Positions 39,873 through 50,844 of a stretch of DNA of 53,835 nucleotides are shown here, piece after piece (position 1 is the first letter of the stretch; every line of letters begins with the position of its first letter). The DNA lies in assembly GCA_024654625.1 (NCBI GenBank), contig JANLHB010000039.1, forward strand, positions 1 to 53,835. Direction: 5' to 3'. Under the pieces are notes generated by a model. That model saw only the letters and a program-made list of their open reading frames with translations, was not told the origin of the DNA and did no database searches. The position numbers and the translations under genes were made by a program. The stretch comes from Patescibacteria group bacterium (GTDB lineage: Bacteria > Patescibacteriota > Minisyncoccia > GCA-002772825).

Positions 39873-40715
39873 ATGCCCCAGAAATATATTCTTATAATTG
39901 AAGACGAAAAGACTTTATCAGGCCTGCTTAGAGAAAAGCTTGTCGGCGCCGGATATAGAGTTAAAGAGGCTCATAACGGCAAAGAAGGACTTGCGAAAAT
40001 AAGCGAAGAAAAGCCTGACCTTGTGCTTCTTGATATTCTTATGCCGGAAGTGAGCGGGTTTGATGTGCTTGAGAATCTAAGCGAAAGCGGCATTATCAAG
40101 ACATTGCCAGTCATTATTATATCTAATTCAGGCCAGCCTGTTGAGATTGATAAGGCCCTTGCGCTCGGGGTGAAAGATTATCTGATAAAGGTTGAATTTA
40201 CACCGCAGGAAGTTTTAGAAAAAGTCTCTAAACAGATAGGTGAAGGTAGTGAAGTAAAAGATATTAATTTTAATGGTCCAGATAGCAAAGATGCCGCAAA
40301 TGAAAAACATGCCGTAAAAGAAGAACTTTCAAGTGATAAAATAGCAGATTTGGGGAATTACATTTTGCTTGTTGAAGATGATAAATTTTTAAGCGGTCTT
40401 CTTTTTAAAAAATTAAGCCAGGAATTTAAGGTGGAAGTTGCCGGAAATGGAGCGGAAGCTTTTAATAAAATAAAAGGAGGTATTCCTCGTCTAGTGCTTC
40501 TTGACCTTATGTTGCCTGATATAGACGGATTTAAAATACTTGAGATACTGAAAAATGATGATAGGACAAAAAATATACCAGTGCTTATTTTAAGCAATCT
40601 TGGTCAAAAAGAAGATCAAGATAGAAGCCTTTCTTTAGGCGCTGATGGTTATATGATAAAGGCGCATTTTACCCCCGGTGAGATTATTGAGAAGGCAAAA
40701 AGTCTTTTAAAATAA
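39873..40715 (+). CDS. Tandem-receiver (REC-REC) response regulator without an output domain
   Basis: Two CheY-like domains with phospho-acceptor Asp (VLLDILMP; VLLDLMLP) and T/K motifs. Confidence 0.8.
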   Translation: MPQKYILIIEDEKTLSGLLREKLVGAGYRVKEAHNGKEGLAKISEEKPDLVLLDILMPEVSGFDVLENLSESGIIKTLPVIIISNSGQPVEIDKALALGVKDYLIKVEFTPQEVLEKVSKQIGEGSEVKDINFNGPDSKDAANEKHAVKEELSSDKIADLGNYILLVEDDKFLSGLLFKKLSQEFKVEVAGNGAEAFNKIKGGIPRLVLLDLMLPDIDGFKILEILKNDDRTKNIPVLILSNLGQKEDQDRSLSLGADGYMIKAHFTPGEIIEKAKSLLK

Positions 40716-40786
40716 GGTTTTTTGTTAGATGCTTTAGTTGAAAATTTCTTTGCAAATAAGGCCTGATTTTGTTATAATTCAAACTA

Positions 40787-41422
40787 ATGATAATCACTTA
40801 TTATGGTTCATCTTGTTTCAAGGTGCAGTCAGGTGAGACTGTGCTTGTTTTTGACCCTCCGTCAAAAGAATCGAAATTTAAGTCGCCCAGATTCGCATCC
40901 AATCTGGTATTTGTAAGCCATAATCATAAAGACCATAATGGGTGGGAGAATTTTACTGCCGGAGAAAAAAAAGCGGTAGTATTAAGAGGGCCTGGAGAAT
41001 ATGAGTCAGGAGGTACGCATATAAAAGGGGTGCTTACTTACCACGATTCTTCGTTTGGAAAAGACAGAGGGATGAATACTGCTTATGTTGTAAATTTGGA
41101 AAATATGAATATCTGCCACCTTGGCGATTTTGGAGAAGTTGAGTTAAGAGGAGAATCAAAAGAAGATATTGGCGAAGTTGATATTCTTTTTGTTCCCATA
41201 GGCGGTGATTCTGTTATTGATGCCGAAATGGCCTCAAAAATAGTTTCTCAGATAGAGCCGCGGATAGTTATTCCTATGCATTATGGAGATAGTAAATCAA
41301 CCGAATTTAAGAAATTTATTAATGAAATGGGCGGTAATGGCAAGCCGATTGATAAGCTTACGCTTAAGAAGAAAGATTTAGAAGGCAAAGAAATGCAGTT
41401 TATCGTTTTAAACGCCGAGTAA
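40787..41422 (+). CDS. MBL-fold metallo-hydrolase
   Basis: HxHxDH motif (SHNHKDHNG), later His/Asp ligands. Confidence 0.7.
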   Translation: MIITYYGSSCFKVQSGETVLVFDPPSKESKFKSPRFASNLVFVSHNHKDHNGWENFTAGEKKAVVLRGPGEYESGGTHIKGVLTYHDSSFGKDRGMNTAYVVNLENMNICHLGDFGEVELRGESKEDIGEVDILFVPIGGDSVIDAEMASKIVSQIEPRIVIPMHYGDSKSTEFKKFINEMGGNGKPIDKLTLKKKDLEGKEMQFIVLNAE

Positions 41423-41426
41423 TTTT

Positions 41427-41684
41427 ATGAGCCTATTGGAAAGAATAGAAGAATTGCAAAAAACACCTGAGTCATACCGGCGAAAAATTCTTATAGCCGT
41501 TATGGCTATAATAATGCCGGTGGTTCTAATTATTTGGTTTTTTACTTTTGATTTGCCTTCCGTTCAAGATAACGAAAAGAAAGTTGAAATAAAGGCGCCT
41601 TTTGCTCTGGTGATGGAAAGTTTTACCGGAACTTACGATGTGTTTAAAGACAGGTTATTGAGTTTAAAATATATAAGTAATTAA
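41427..41684 (+). CDS. Small membrane protein (1 TM), hypothetical
   Basis: 85-aa ORF immediately upstream of gyrA. Confidence 0.4.
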   Translation: MSLLERIEELQKTPESYRRKILIAVMAIIMPVVLIIWFFTFDLPSVQDNEKKVEIKAPFALVMESFTGTYDVFKDRLLSLKYISN

Positions 41685-41693
41685 TTTAGTAAT

Positions 41694-44114
41694 ATGAAAA
41701 TAGTCCCAAGAGATATTGTAAAAGAGATGCGCGAGTCATATCTTGATTATGCGATGTCTGTAATTGTTACGCGCGCACTCCCTGATGTCAGAGACGGCTT
41801 GAAACCTGTCCAAAGGAGGATACTGTACGCTATGCATGGTTTAGGTTTGGCTAGTAATGCTAAATATCGTAAGTCAGCGATGGTGGTGGGTGAAGTTCTA
41901 GGTAAATATCATCCGCATGGCGACACTTCTGTTTATGAGGCAATGGTAAGGTTGGCGCAGGATTTCTCAATGCGATATCGGTTAATTGACGGACAGGGTA
42001 ATTTCGGTTCAATTGACGGCGACTCAGCCGCCGCTATGCGTTATACGGAAGCAAAAATGACCAAGATAAGCGGTGAGATTTTAAAAGATATTGAAAAAGA
42101 GACTGTTGATTTCGTCCCTAATTATGATGGAGCGCTTAAAGAACCTAAAGTATTGCCATCTGCCATACCTAATCTTTTGATAAACGGAGCGTTGGGTATT
42201 GCCGTTGGTATGGCCACTAAGATTCCGCCTCACAACTTAAGAGAAGTCATTGGCGCTACGGTAGCATTAATAGACAACCCAAAGGCGACAACAGAAGATC
42301 TTTTAGAGTTTGTAAAAGGACCTGATTTTCCTACCGGAGGAATTATTTTTAATGCTAAAGATATTCACCACGCTTATGCTTCCGGAAGAGGCGGTATCAT
42401 CGTCCGCGGCGAGACTGATATCGTTGAAGTAAAATCGGGCTCTTATCAGATAATCATATCTTCAATTCCGTATCAGATAAACAAGGCAGAGCTTATCATA
42501 AAGATGGCAGATTTGGTGAAAGATAAAAAGATTGAAGGCATCCGCGATATTCGCGATGAGTCTGATAAAGACGGGCTTAGAATAGCAATAGATCTTAAAG
42601 CCGGAACTCATCCACAGAAGGTGGTTAATAATCTATACAAAAGAACAGAACTTGAAACAGCATATCATTTCAATATGCTTGCGCTTGTTGATGGCGTTCC
42701 GCAGGTGCTTTCTCTGAAGTCTATGCTTGAGAATTTTATACTGCACAGGCAAGTGGTGGTTGAGAGAAGAACCAAGTTTGATTTAAAGAAAGCGGAAGAA
42801 AGAGCCCATATTCTTCAAGGATTAAAAAAGGCGTTAGATAATATTGATGCTGTTATAAAGACGATTAAATCGTCTAAAGACAGAGATGAAGCAAGAACGG
42901 CGCTTATGAAGCAGTTTAAGCTTACTGAGATTCAGACCAATGCCATACTTGAAATGAGGTTATCTACGCTTGCCGGACTTGAGCGCAAGAAGATTGAAGA
43001 TGAGCTTGATGAAAAGAATAAATTAATTGCCGAACTTAAAGCGCTTTTAGCTGACGCTAAGAAAATATTGAAAGTTATTAAAAATGAACTTCTTGATATT
43101 GCGCAAAATTATGGAGACGAAAGGAAGACTAAAGTAGTTTCAGGGCAAGCTAAAATTATCGCCCATGAAGATCTTATCCCTGAAGCAGAGTGCGTGCTGG
43201 TGGTAACTCATGGAGGCTATATCAAAAGGACTGATCCTTCAGAATATAAGCGTCAGAAGAGAGGCGGAACTGGGGTTATAGACCTTGATACGAAAGAGGA
43301 GGATTTTGTCACTAATCTTATAACAGCCAATACTCATGACGATCTTCTTTTCTTTACGAATAAAGGTAAAGCATTTCAGATAAAGATGTATGACATACCG
43401 GAAGGCAAAAGGGCAAGCAAGGGCAAGTCTATTATGAATTTCTTGGCTCTTTCCGCTGATGAGAATATAACGTCAGTCCTTACTTTCCCAAGAGAGATGA
43501 AAAAGAAGAAAATGTCTCTTGTGATGGTGACAAAGAAAGGAGTTATCAAGAAGGTTGATGCCGAGAGTTTCCACGATGTAAGGAGAAACGGAATCATTTC
43601 CATAAAGCTTACGGCAGGCGATGAGCTTAATTGGTCATATTTGGTAGAAAAAGGAGATGACATTATTTTGGCAAGCAAGGATGGCCAGTCAGTGAGGTTT
43701 AAGGAGTCAGATGCGCGCGAGATGGGGCGTACGGCAGGAGGCGTGCGCGCTATAAAGCTCCGCCCTAAAGACGAGTTGATTGGCGCTGATGTTATAAAGA
43801 AAGACGACAAAGACGCATCACTTCTTGTGCTTTCTAAAAATGGTTTTGGCAAGAGAACTAGTGCTGATGAATACAAGGTGCAGAAGCGCGGCGGTTCAGG
43901 CATTAAGACTTCTAAAGTCACAGAAAAGACCGGTCCTTTAATGAAGGCGCTTGTGATAAGGGCGGAGTTTGAAGAAGCAATTGCCATTTCTAAGAAAGGG
44001 CAAATTATACGAACCGCTTTATCTGATATTCCGCTTCTCGGCAGACAAACTCAAGGGGTAAGAGTGATGAAATTAAAAACCGGGGATAGCATCGCGTCGC
44101 TAACCTGTTTATAA
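41694..44114 (+). CDS. gyrA: DNA gyrase subunit A
   Basis: [29 protein letters not shown] with active-site Tyr region; [17 protein letters not shown]; C-terminal beta-pinwheel repeats. Confidence 0.95.
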   Translation: MKIVPRDIVKEMRESYLDYAMSVIVTRALPDVRDGLKPVQRRILYAMHGLGLASNAKYRKSAMVVGEVLGKYHPHGDTSVYEAMVRLAQDFSMRYRLIDGQGNFGSIDGDSAAAMRYTEAKMTKISGEILKDIEKETVDFVPNYDGALKEPKVLPSAIPNLLINGALGIAVGMATKIPPHNLREVIGATVALIDNPKATTEDLLEFVKGPDFPTGGIIFNAKDIHHAYASGRGGIIVRGETDIVEVKSGSYQIIISSIPYQINKAELIIKMADLVKDKKIEGIRDIRDESDKDGLRIAIDLKAGTHPQKVVNNLYKRTELETAYHFNMLALVDGVPQVLSLKSMLENFILHRQVVVERRTKFDLKKAEERAHILQGLKKALDNIDAVIKTIKSSKDRDEARTALMKQFKLTEIQTNAILEMRLSTLAGLERKKIEDELDEKNKLIAELKALLADAKKILKVIKNELLDIAQNYGDERKTKVVSGQAKIIAHEDLIPEAECVLVVTHGGYIKRTDPSEYKRQKRGGTGVIDLDTKEEDFVTNLITANTHDDLLFFTNKGKAFQIKMYDIPEGKRASKGKSIMNFLALSADENITSVLTFPREMKKKKMSLVMVTKKGVIKKVDAESFHDVRRNGIISIKLTAGDELNWSYLVEKGDDIILASKDGQSVRFKESDAREMGRTAGGVRAIKLRPKDELIGADVIKKDDKDASLLVLSKNGFGKRTSADEYKVQKRGGSGIKTSKVTEKTGPLMKALVIRAEFEEAIAISKKGQIIRTALSDIPLLGRQTQGVRVMKLKTGDSIASLTCL

Positions 44115-44129
44115 TAAGCATGTAAGCTT

Positions 44130-46583
44130 ATGAAAACCAATCTAATAACAAATTTAGCAGTTTCAATAATATTTTTAACTGCTTTCTTCGTTGTGCCTAT
44201 TTCAGTAAATGCTCAGATCCTAGAGTCGTTACTAGAACCAATAATGCCCGGTATGACATCAGGGGAGGGGATCTATTTTGAAATCACAGACAGTGAGTAT
44301 TTAAATGTTTCTCTAGGTAGTTCTAAAGATATAAAGATAATAATGGAGTCAATGCCGGAGATGATAACGCTCGTGATAGAGCCGGTTCTTTCATCTACTT
44401 CCACCCAACTCATCTTTTTCGGTCTTGAGCCTATGACAACTTATTACAAATATCAAGATGATTATCATAATCTTACGGAATTTAAAACCAACGAGGATGG
44501 CATCTATACTTACACCCAGGACTTATCAAATCCTCATCTCATCTTCATACAACCTCGAAAAAGCACTAAATTTATTAAAGATAACGCCACAGGAGGTGAT
44601 TGCACTTCAGTTGGGATTTGGGATTCAGCCACAAAAACCTGCACCCTTATCGCTGATGTTAATGAGACAATACAGATAGACGATGCTAAAATTACCCTTG
44701 ATGGAGATGGTTATGCAGTAATCGGAAGCGGTACGGGCTTTGGTGTTTATCTTCCTATAATAACGGGTGTTACAGTAAAAAATCTTAATATTTCGAACTT
44801 TTTTATTGGAGTTTTTGTTTATATTTCTAGGAATTATTACAATAATGATCAGAATATTATTGTAGAAAATACGATTTCAGATAATTATGAGGGGATCGAC
44901 CTTAGGTTTTCTTCTAATAGCATTGTTTCGAAAAATATTATTTCTAATAATAATAAGGGAATATCATTTGGTTTTTATGCTGAGAATAATATTGCCATGG
45001 ATAACACATTCTTAAATTCAGATTTTCTATTTAGTTATTCTCCGAACAATAAAATATATCATAATAATTTTCTTAATAGCTCTGTAATTATTTATGGAGA
45101 ATCCAATAATCTTTTTGACAATGAGCTTCCTGGCGGCGGAAACTATTGGGGTAGTTTTGACGAGCCCGCAGAAGGGTGTCATGATTCAAATTTTGATAAA
45201 TTTTGCGACACACCTTATATTTTCTCCGGTGGGCAGGATAATTACCCTTGGGTAAAGCAAGATGGGTGGGAATCACCTCCTATTTTAGATGTTCCGAAAT
45301 ATTACCAAAATACCACTAATACTCCACAAGACCCGGATTGGCCGAATGAGACTTACGACCTTACATCAAATACAATATATCAAAAAGGGTGTGCTTTGGC
45401 TTCTGTAACAATGCTTCTGAATTATTATGGTGCAAATACGACCCCTGATACCCTTGAGCCAACTAACCCTCATTCATTAAATCGATGGCTGAATAGAACA
45501 GACGGCTATGTTACATCTACTGAGCAATTAGGCAACATAATTTGGGGAGCGATGGATAATTTTTCTGATAAGGAATCATTTGTTAAAGACTGGGAAACTT
45601 TTGATTGCACAATAGGGAATTTAGAAGAATGCAAAAATATTCTTAATTATGATTTGGATAATGAAAGACCGGTGATTATTTATACATTTAATATAGATGC
45701 GAATATTAATCATTTTGTCGTGGCTACTGGTAAGGCCGATGATAGTTGGTATATTAATGATCCGTTTTGGCTTAATGAAAATACTCCAACAAGACTTTCT
45801 GATAATGTTTATCGTGACAAAATCCTAGGCCTCCGTCGATACAAACCTGAACCAGCTACTGATCTATCCTTTCTTAATATAACCTTGGCCTCCCCAGCTG
45901 AATTGCTTATTATTGATTCCCAAGGCAGGAAAACCGGTTTTGATCCAATTACTCAAATCACTTACAACGATATCCCTAACACTATTTACTACCATGAGCG
46001 TTTAGATAACGATGAAACTGGCCAAATAGGCGTAGAAATAAAAAATTTGTATATCAGCATGCCAGAAAATGCTATTTATAATCTTCAGGTTGTTGGAACC
46101 GCCACTGGTCCTTATGGGTTATCTTTTAACAGCAGGGATATAGATGGCGACTCATCTGTTAGTGTTGAGAGCGGCCTAACTCAGGAGCACTTTATATCCG
46201 AGTATCTAATAAATTATAATAGTCAGCCAGATAGTCCGGTTAAAATTGAACGCACGGTTACAATTCAGGATATAATAGTTAAAGTAGAAATTGCCGGGAA
46301 ATTAAATTTAATTGATAATGACGGCATTGAGGATAGCCTCATCCAAAGTTTAAATCAAGCAGAAAAGAAATTAAGTCAGGGTAAAACAGAAACTACCACA
46401 AACATTCTTCAATCCGTAATAAATGAGCTTAATGCTCAGTCAGGTAAACATATAGATTCAGGTACCGCTAATATATTGATTGAAGATATTCAATTTATCA
46501 TTTCTCAAAATAATCTGAATTCTCAATCAGTACGATTATCTTTTATGCTCGCTGACTTACATGAAGCACTTTCCTCTTTTTAA
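44130..46583 (+). CDS. Secreted right-handed beta-helix (NosD/pectin-lyase-fold) protein with C-terminal C39-like peptidase domain
   Basis: Signal peptide; repeated ...N.I..N...GI.. beta-helix turns; GCALASVTMLLNYYG..HFVVATG resembles a papain-like C39/BtrH-type domain. Confidence 0.55.
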   Translation: MKTNLITNLAVSIIFLTAFFVVPISVNAQILESLLEPIMPGMTSGEGIYFEITDSEYLNVSLGSSKDIKIIMESMPEMITLVIEPVLSSTSTQLIFFGLEPMTTYYKYQDDYHNLTEFKTNEDGIYTYTQDLSNPHLIFIQPRKSTKFIKDNATGGDCTSVGIWDSATKTCTLIADVNETIQIDDAKITLDGDGYAVIGSGTGFGVYLPIITGVTVKNLNISNFFIGVFVYISRNYYNNDQNIIVENTISDNYEGIDLRFSSNSIVSKNIISNNNKGISFGFYAENNIAMDNTFLNSDFLFSYSPNNKIYHNNFLNSSVIIYGESNNLFDNELPGGGNYWGSFDEPAEGCHDSNFDKFCDTPYIFSGGQDNYPWVKQDGWESPPILDVPKYYQNTTNTPQDPDWPNETYDLTSNTIYQKGCALASVTMLLNYYGANTTPDTLEPTNPHSLNRWLNRTDGYVTSTEQLGNIIWGAMDNFSDKESFVKDWETFDCTIGNLEECKNILNYDLDNERPVIIYTFNIDANINHFVVATGKADDSWYINDPFWLNENTPTRLSDNVYRDKILGLRRYKPEPATDLSFLNITLASPAELLIIDSQGRKTGFDPITQITYNDIPNTIYYHERLDNDETGQIGVEIKNLYISMPENAIYNLQVVGTATGPYGLSFNSRDIDGDSSVSVESGLTQEHFISEYLINYNSQPDSPVKIERTVTIQDIIVKVEIAGKLNLIDNDGIEDSLIQSLNQAEKKLSQGKTETTTNILQSVINELNAQSGKHIDSGTANILIEDIQFIISQNNLNSQSVRLSFMLADLHEALSSF

Positions 46584-46610
46584 GGTTATTAGCTTATTAA
46601 TAAATTAAAT

Positions 46611-47330
46611 ATGCAAAAAAATATTTATATAGCCATATTCATAATCATCACCATTGGTGTCGGTTATTTTATCTACTACAATAAAGGAGATGGACAGCGG
46701 TCAGATATATCACAACCGAAAGATAATCATTATGATATTCCAAACTTAGAGGAGCTGAAAGCAAAAACAGCTGATTGGGATGTTTATGAAGATGAAGAAT
46801 ATGGGATAAAGGTTAGGTATCCGTTAGGGTGGTCATACGAGTCACCGCCGGATGTTTTTAGGGGTGGTCCACAAATAACAAGTTATAATGCGCCTATGAT
46901 TTTCTCAACCAACAAGCAAATGGAAGGCATAGAGGGAGCAAAAACTATGAGTGGTCTAGGGGGGGGGACTTCGATTAGTATATTTTATTCTGAAGACCTC
47001 AGCAAAATTCCCACGGAAGAATCCATGTCTCAATACTACGAAGAGAAAAAATTTAAGGAGATTGAAACTTTTTCTATAAATGGTTTTGAGGGAGTTATCG
47101 CCACAAGAGAATATAGTGCAAAAGAGAGAGAGGAAGCAGGTTTAGAAGGAGCATTAAGAATTCAGCAAGGGTTGGTTTTTCGCAAATTTAATGAGCGTGT
47201 TTATTATGTCCAGTGGGGATTATACGAAGAATATGCATACAGTAAATTTGATTATTCAGACATTTCTTACCAAAATCAATTCTTTCCATTTCTAGCAACA
47301 TTTATGAGTTTGGAGGAAGAAAAGAAATAG
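46611..47330 (+). CDS. Hypothetical membrane-anchored protein
   Basis: N-terminal TM, no recognisable domain. Confidence 0.45.
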   Translation: MQKNIYIAIFIIITIGVGYFIYYNKGDGQRSDISQPKDNHYDIPNLEELKAKTADWDVYEDEEYGIKVRYPLGWSYESPPDVFRGGPQITSYNAPMIFSTNKQMEGIEGAKTMSGLGGGTSISIFYSEDLSKIPTEESMSQYYEEKKFKEIETFSINGFEGVIATREYSAKEREEAGLEGALRIQQGLVFRKFNERVYYVQWGLYEEYAYSKFDYSDISYQNQFFPFLATFMSLEEEKK

Positions 47331-47512
47331 TTACTATCTTACCGTTTGGTGATTTACAAATGATTATTGGCACTGATGATAGTGAACTTTATTTAGACAC
47401 TTTCAATCAAATCCTTTCTACATTTAAATTTTTGAAATGATTAAATAACGAGAATTTAATTAAGGTCATGAATTGCCAAATGGTGGGAAAAAAGTTTATA
47501 ATATAGATTAAT

Positions 47513-48040
47513 ATGTTCTTAAACCCAGAACAAATAATAAAGAGATTAGATATTAATCCGGGAATAATTGCTGTTGATTTTGGCTGCGGTACCGGGCACT
47601 GGAGTGTTGCTCTTGCAAAGCAAGTCGGGGATATTGGTAAGGTTTATGCTTTAGATATACAGAAGGAGATGCTCGAGGCGACTAAGTCTAGAGCCGAGGC
47701 TTTAGGTCTTCTGAATGTAGAAGTGGTTCGCGGCGACCTTGATGAGGAGAACGGCTCAAATCTTTCTTCAGGGATAGCTGATTTTGTATTACTTTCCAAT
47801 ATATTATTTCAAGCTGATAAGAGGGAGGTGATGGTGAAGGAAGCTTCTAGGGTACTGAAGAGCGGTGGGGAAGTCGCTATTATTGAATGGGATCAAAGCG
47901 ATGTCCCGCTTGGACCGCCGAAGCAATTGAAGCTTAAACCGGAAGATGCGAGAAGAATGTTTTTAGAGGCCGGTTTCGTATTTAAAGATGACTTTCCTGC
48001 AGGAGAACATCATTATGGGCTACTTTTTAAAAAAATGTAA
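47513..48040 (+). CDS. Class I SAM-dependent methyltransferase
   Basis: Motif I VDFGCGTGHW, motif II-III spacing, 175 aa. Confidence 0.75.
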   Translation: MFLNPEQIIKRLDINPGIIAVDFGCGTGHWSVALAKQVGDIGKVYALDIQKEMLEATKSRAEALGLLNVEVVRGDLDEENGSNLSSGIADFVLLSNILFQADKREVMVKEASRVLKSGGEVAIIEWDQSDVPLGPPKQLKLKPEDARRMFLEAGFVFKDDFPAGEHHYGLLFKKM

Positions 48041-48130
48041 TTTGCTAAAATCAAAAATCTTAATTTCTGTAGGATTCCCCTCTATTACCACCATTAAAGA
48101 AATTAAATTTTTGAGTTTAGCTTTAAAAAG

Positions 48131-49423
48131 ATGAGTAAATTTAATATCATATTAATAACAGTCTTTGTAATCGCGGCTGTTTTAGCTGTGTTGCTGTTTT
48201 CTGGCCTTATTCCTGGTTTTGGACTAGGTGGTGGCGCACAAAAGGCAGATATTGTATTTTGGGGCACTATTGATAAAAAAGCGATGCAACCCATAATAGC
48301 TGTTTTAAATGAGCAGAATAAAAATATTTTTTCAATACAATATATAGAGAAGCCCGCTTCTTCTTTTGAAAACGACCTTATAAACGCGCTTGCAAGCTCT
48401 AGTGGTCCTGACTTATGGCTTCTCCCTCAAGACCTAATTTTAAAGCATGAAGATAAAATTTTCATAACCCCTTATAGTTCTACACTGACAGAGCGAGATT
48501 TTAAAGACGCTTTTGTTTCTGAGGCGGAACTTTTTATTAATTCTACCGGTATAATAGGTTTCCCTTTTACAATAGATCCAATCGTGATGTATTGGAATAA
48601 AGATCTGTATCAAGGAGCCGGTATTTCTATACCGCCCGAATTCTGGGATGAGTTTCTTGTGAATGCGCCTATCTTTAGTCGTTACGATGACGCGGGGAAT
48701 ATCACTCAATCCGGGGCGGCGCTTGGTGAATTCTCAAATATTAAAAATGCTAAAGAGCTTGTCTCTATGCTGATACTTCAGACAGGGAATAGTATTGTAG
48801 ATCCACAGAGCAGAGAAATTATTTTCAACGAGAAAGGGAATTCGATTCTTCCGCCGGCAGAATCAGCAGTGAAGTTTTATAATCAATTTTCTGATCCAGC
48901 CAAAGATTCCTATGTGTGGAACAGAGGGATGGAGGATTCCAGAAGACTTTTTTCTTCCGGCAGGCTGGCCAATTATTTTGGATTTGCTTCTGATTTTGTG
49001 GTTATAAAGAATCTAAATCCTCATCTTAATTTTGATGCAGCTCTAGTGCCCCAGATAAAAGACGGTAGTCTGGTCGCCACTTTCGGCAGGATGGAAGCGG
49101 TAGTTGTATCAAAAGCCTCTAAGAACATAAGCGCCGCATTCTCTGCCGCATATTTACTCTCATCAGCGCCTTCCATTAGATTAGTGGAAGAGAATTTGTT
49201 GTTACCGCCTGTTCGCCGTGATATTATAAAGGAAGGCGCTAAGAGTCCGGAGATGGCTGTATTTTATAAAGCTTCTCTTCAGTCTAAGGGGTGGTTAGAA
49301 CCGGACACTAAGGCGACCTACGACATATTTAAAGAGATGATAGAGTCGTCTGCAGTAGGGAAGATGAGGATATATGAAGCGGTCCGTCAGGCCGAAGGAC
49401 GACTGGAAAAATTGTTAAAATAA
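48131..49423 (+). CDS. Membrane-anchored extracellular solute-binding protein-like (SBP family 1/MalE-like), no adjacent permease
   Basis: N-terminal TM; ~400-aa periplasmic-binding-protein-like region; assignment from overall pattern only. Confidence 0.45.
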   Translation: MSKFNIILITVFVIAAVLAVLLFSGLIPGFGLGGGAQKADIVFWGTIDKKAMQPIIAVLNEQNKNIFSIQYIEKPASSFENDLINALASSSGPDLWLLPQDLILKHEDKIFITPYSSTLTERDFKDAFVSEAELFINSTGIIGFPFTIDPIVMYWNKDLYQGAGISIPPEFWDEFLVNAPIFSRYDDAGNITQSGAALGEFSNIKNAKELVSMLILQTGNSIVDPQSREIIFNEKGNSILPPAESAVKFYNQFSDPAKDSYVWNRGMEDSRRLFSSGRLANYFGFASDFVVIKNLNPHLNFDAALVPQIKDGSLVATFGRMEAVVVSKASKNISAAFSAAYLLSSAPSIRLVEENLLLPPVRRDIIKEGAKSPEMAVFYKASLQSKGWLEPDTKATYDIFKEMIESSAVGKMRIYEAVRQAEGRLEKLLK

Positions 49424-49426
49424 TTT

Positions 49427-49873
49427 ATGAAATTTTCTTTACCTTCAATTTTAAGTTTAATGATACTTCTTTTTGTATTTTCGCTAACCTTTATTCCCGT
49501 TTTTGTGTCAGCTTGGGCGCCGGGTCAATCTATCGTACCTTGTGGTTTAGGCGGAGGTACTTCCTGTAAGGCCTGCCACATATTTCCTCTTGCTAATAAT
49601 GTTATAAGTTTTATATTGCTTGGACTTGCGATGCCTTTTGCTGTTGTAATGATCCTCTGGGGAGGTATTCTTATGGTGACTGGCGCCGGTAACCCGGGGC
49701 AACTGGAGAAAGGAAAAAACTATCTAACATGGGCAGTGATAGGGCTTGTGGTTGCATTTGCAGGCTGGATAATTGTTGATACGATAATAAAAGCGCTTAC
49801 TGTGAAAACTAACTGGGGGGCGAGTGCTTCGTGGAGTTTTGGCCCTTGGAATGAGATACCAGCTTGTAAATAA
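49427..49873 (+). CDS. Small secreted 2-TM protein, VirB2/TrbC-pilin-like (paralog 1 of 4)
   Basis: Signal peptide, CGLGGGTSCKAC, TM1 - loop NPGQLEKGKNYLT - TM2. Confidence 0.5.
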   Translation: MKFSLPSILSLMILLFVFSLTFIPVFVSAWAPGQSIVPCGLGGGTSCKACHIFPLANNVISFILLGLAMPFAVVMILWGGILMVTGAGNPGQLEKGKNYLTWAVIGLVVAFAGWIIVDTIIKALTVKTNWGASASWSFGPWNEIPACK

Positions 49874-49903
49874 AAGAGTAATATAAATAAAAAAATAATA
49901 AAT

Positions 49904-50332
49904 ATGAATATACTAAAAACAAAAAAATCTCTAACTGGATTTATCCACAAAATTAAAAAAACATTATTGCCCAAGCAGATTTTTTGGTCTATTATTAGTT
50001 TAGCGTTATTTTTACCATTTTTTGTTTATTCGGATGAGGTAGGGGTAACAACAGGAAGTGGTGGAAGCAGTTCATTGAAGAATCCATTAGCAGTCGATTC
50101 TGTCTCAGCGCTTGTGAAAGCTGTTGCCGAGATTGTTATGAAAATTGGCTTTATGGTTGCGGTAGTCTTCATCATATATTCCGGTTTCTTGTATGTGTCA
50201 GCGAGGGGGAGTGAAGAGAAGTTAAAGAAGGCACACTCCACTTTCACGTGGACGATTATAGGTACAGCTGTTATCTTGGGTGCATGGACCATCGCAATGG
50301 TGATAGAGTCAACGGTTAAGTCGTTAAAATAA
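49904..50332 (+). CDS. Small 2-TM protein, VirB2/TrbC-pilin-like (paralog 2)
   Basis: Signal peptide, TM1 - loop ARGSEEKLKKAHSTF - TM2 (W.IIG..). Confidence 0.5.
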   Translation: MNILKTKKSLTGFIHKIKKTLLPKQIFWSIISLALFLPFFVYSDEVGVTTGSGGSSSLKNPLAVDSVSALVKAVAEIVMKIGFMVAVVFIIYSGFLYVSARGSEEKLKKAHSTFTWTIIGTAVILGAWTIAMVIESTVKSLK

Positions 50333-50418
50333 TAAATAAACAGGTCGATGTTTTCCGCCAAGAATGGGTTCACCTCGCCAAGGTGGGGTAAAATTAGAAA
50401 TTAAAAATAAAAAAATAT

Positions 50419-50757
50419 ATGCAAAAATTAAAAAAATTCATTCCAGTAGGTTTAATGTTCGCACCTTCATTAGCGTTTGCGGCTACCATAGAAAGTATAT
50501 TGGATAATATAAGTAGTATAATTAATCTTGTTATTCCTTTGCTTATAGCAATTGCTTTAGTTGTATTCATCGTCGGTGTTATCAAATATATCACTGCCGG
50601 TGCAGACGAGGAGAAGAGAAAAGAAGCGCGAAATACTATCATTTATGGTGTTATCGGCCTTTTTGCAATAGTTGCCGTATGGGGGCTTGTTGGAGTTATC
50701 GCCTCTACTTTTGGTATTGATACAGGTGGGACTATTGATATACCTCAGCTTCCATAA
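50419..50757 (+). CDS. Small 2-TM protein, VirB2/TrbC-pilin-like (paralog 3)
   Basis: Signal peptide (AFAA), TM1 - loop AGADEEKRKEARNT - TM2 (IIYGVIGL). Confidence 0.5.
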   Translation: MQKLKKFIPVGLMFAPSLAFAATIESILDNISSIINLVIPLLIAIALVVFIVGVIKYITAGADEEKRKEARNTIIYGVIGLFAIVAVWGLVGVIASTFGIDTGGTIDIPQLP

Positions 50758-50783
50758 GAAATTAAATAATTTTATAACAAAAA

Positions 50784-50814
50784 GAAAATCCCTCTTTTTT
50801 AAAGAGGGATTTTC
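50784..50814 (+). terminator. Rho-independent terminator between paralogs 3 and 4
   Basis: gaaaatccctctttttt/aaagagggattttc. Confidence 0.8.
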
Positions 50815-50844
50815 TTTTTATGTAGATTAGTATAAAATATAAAT

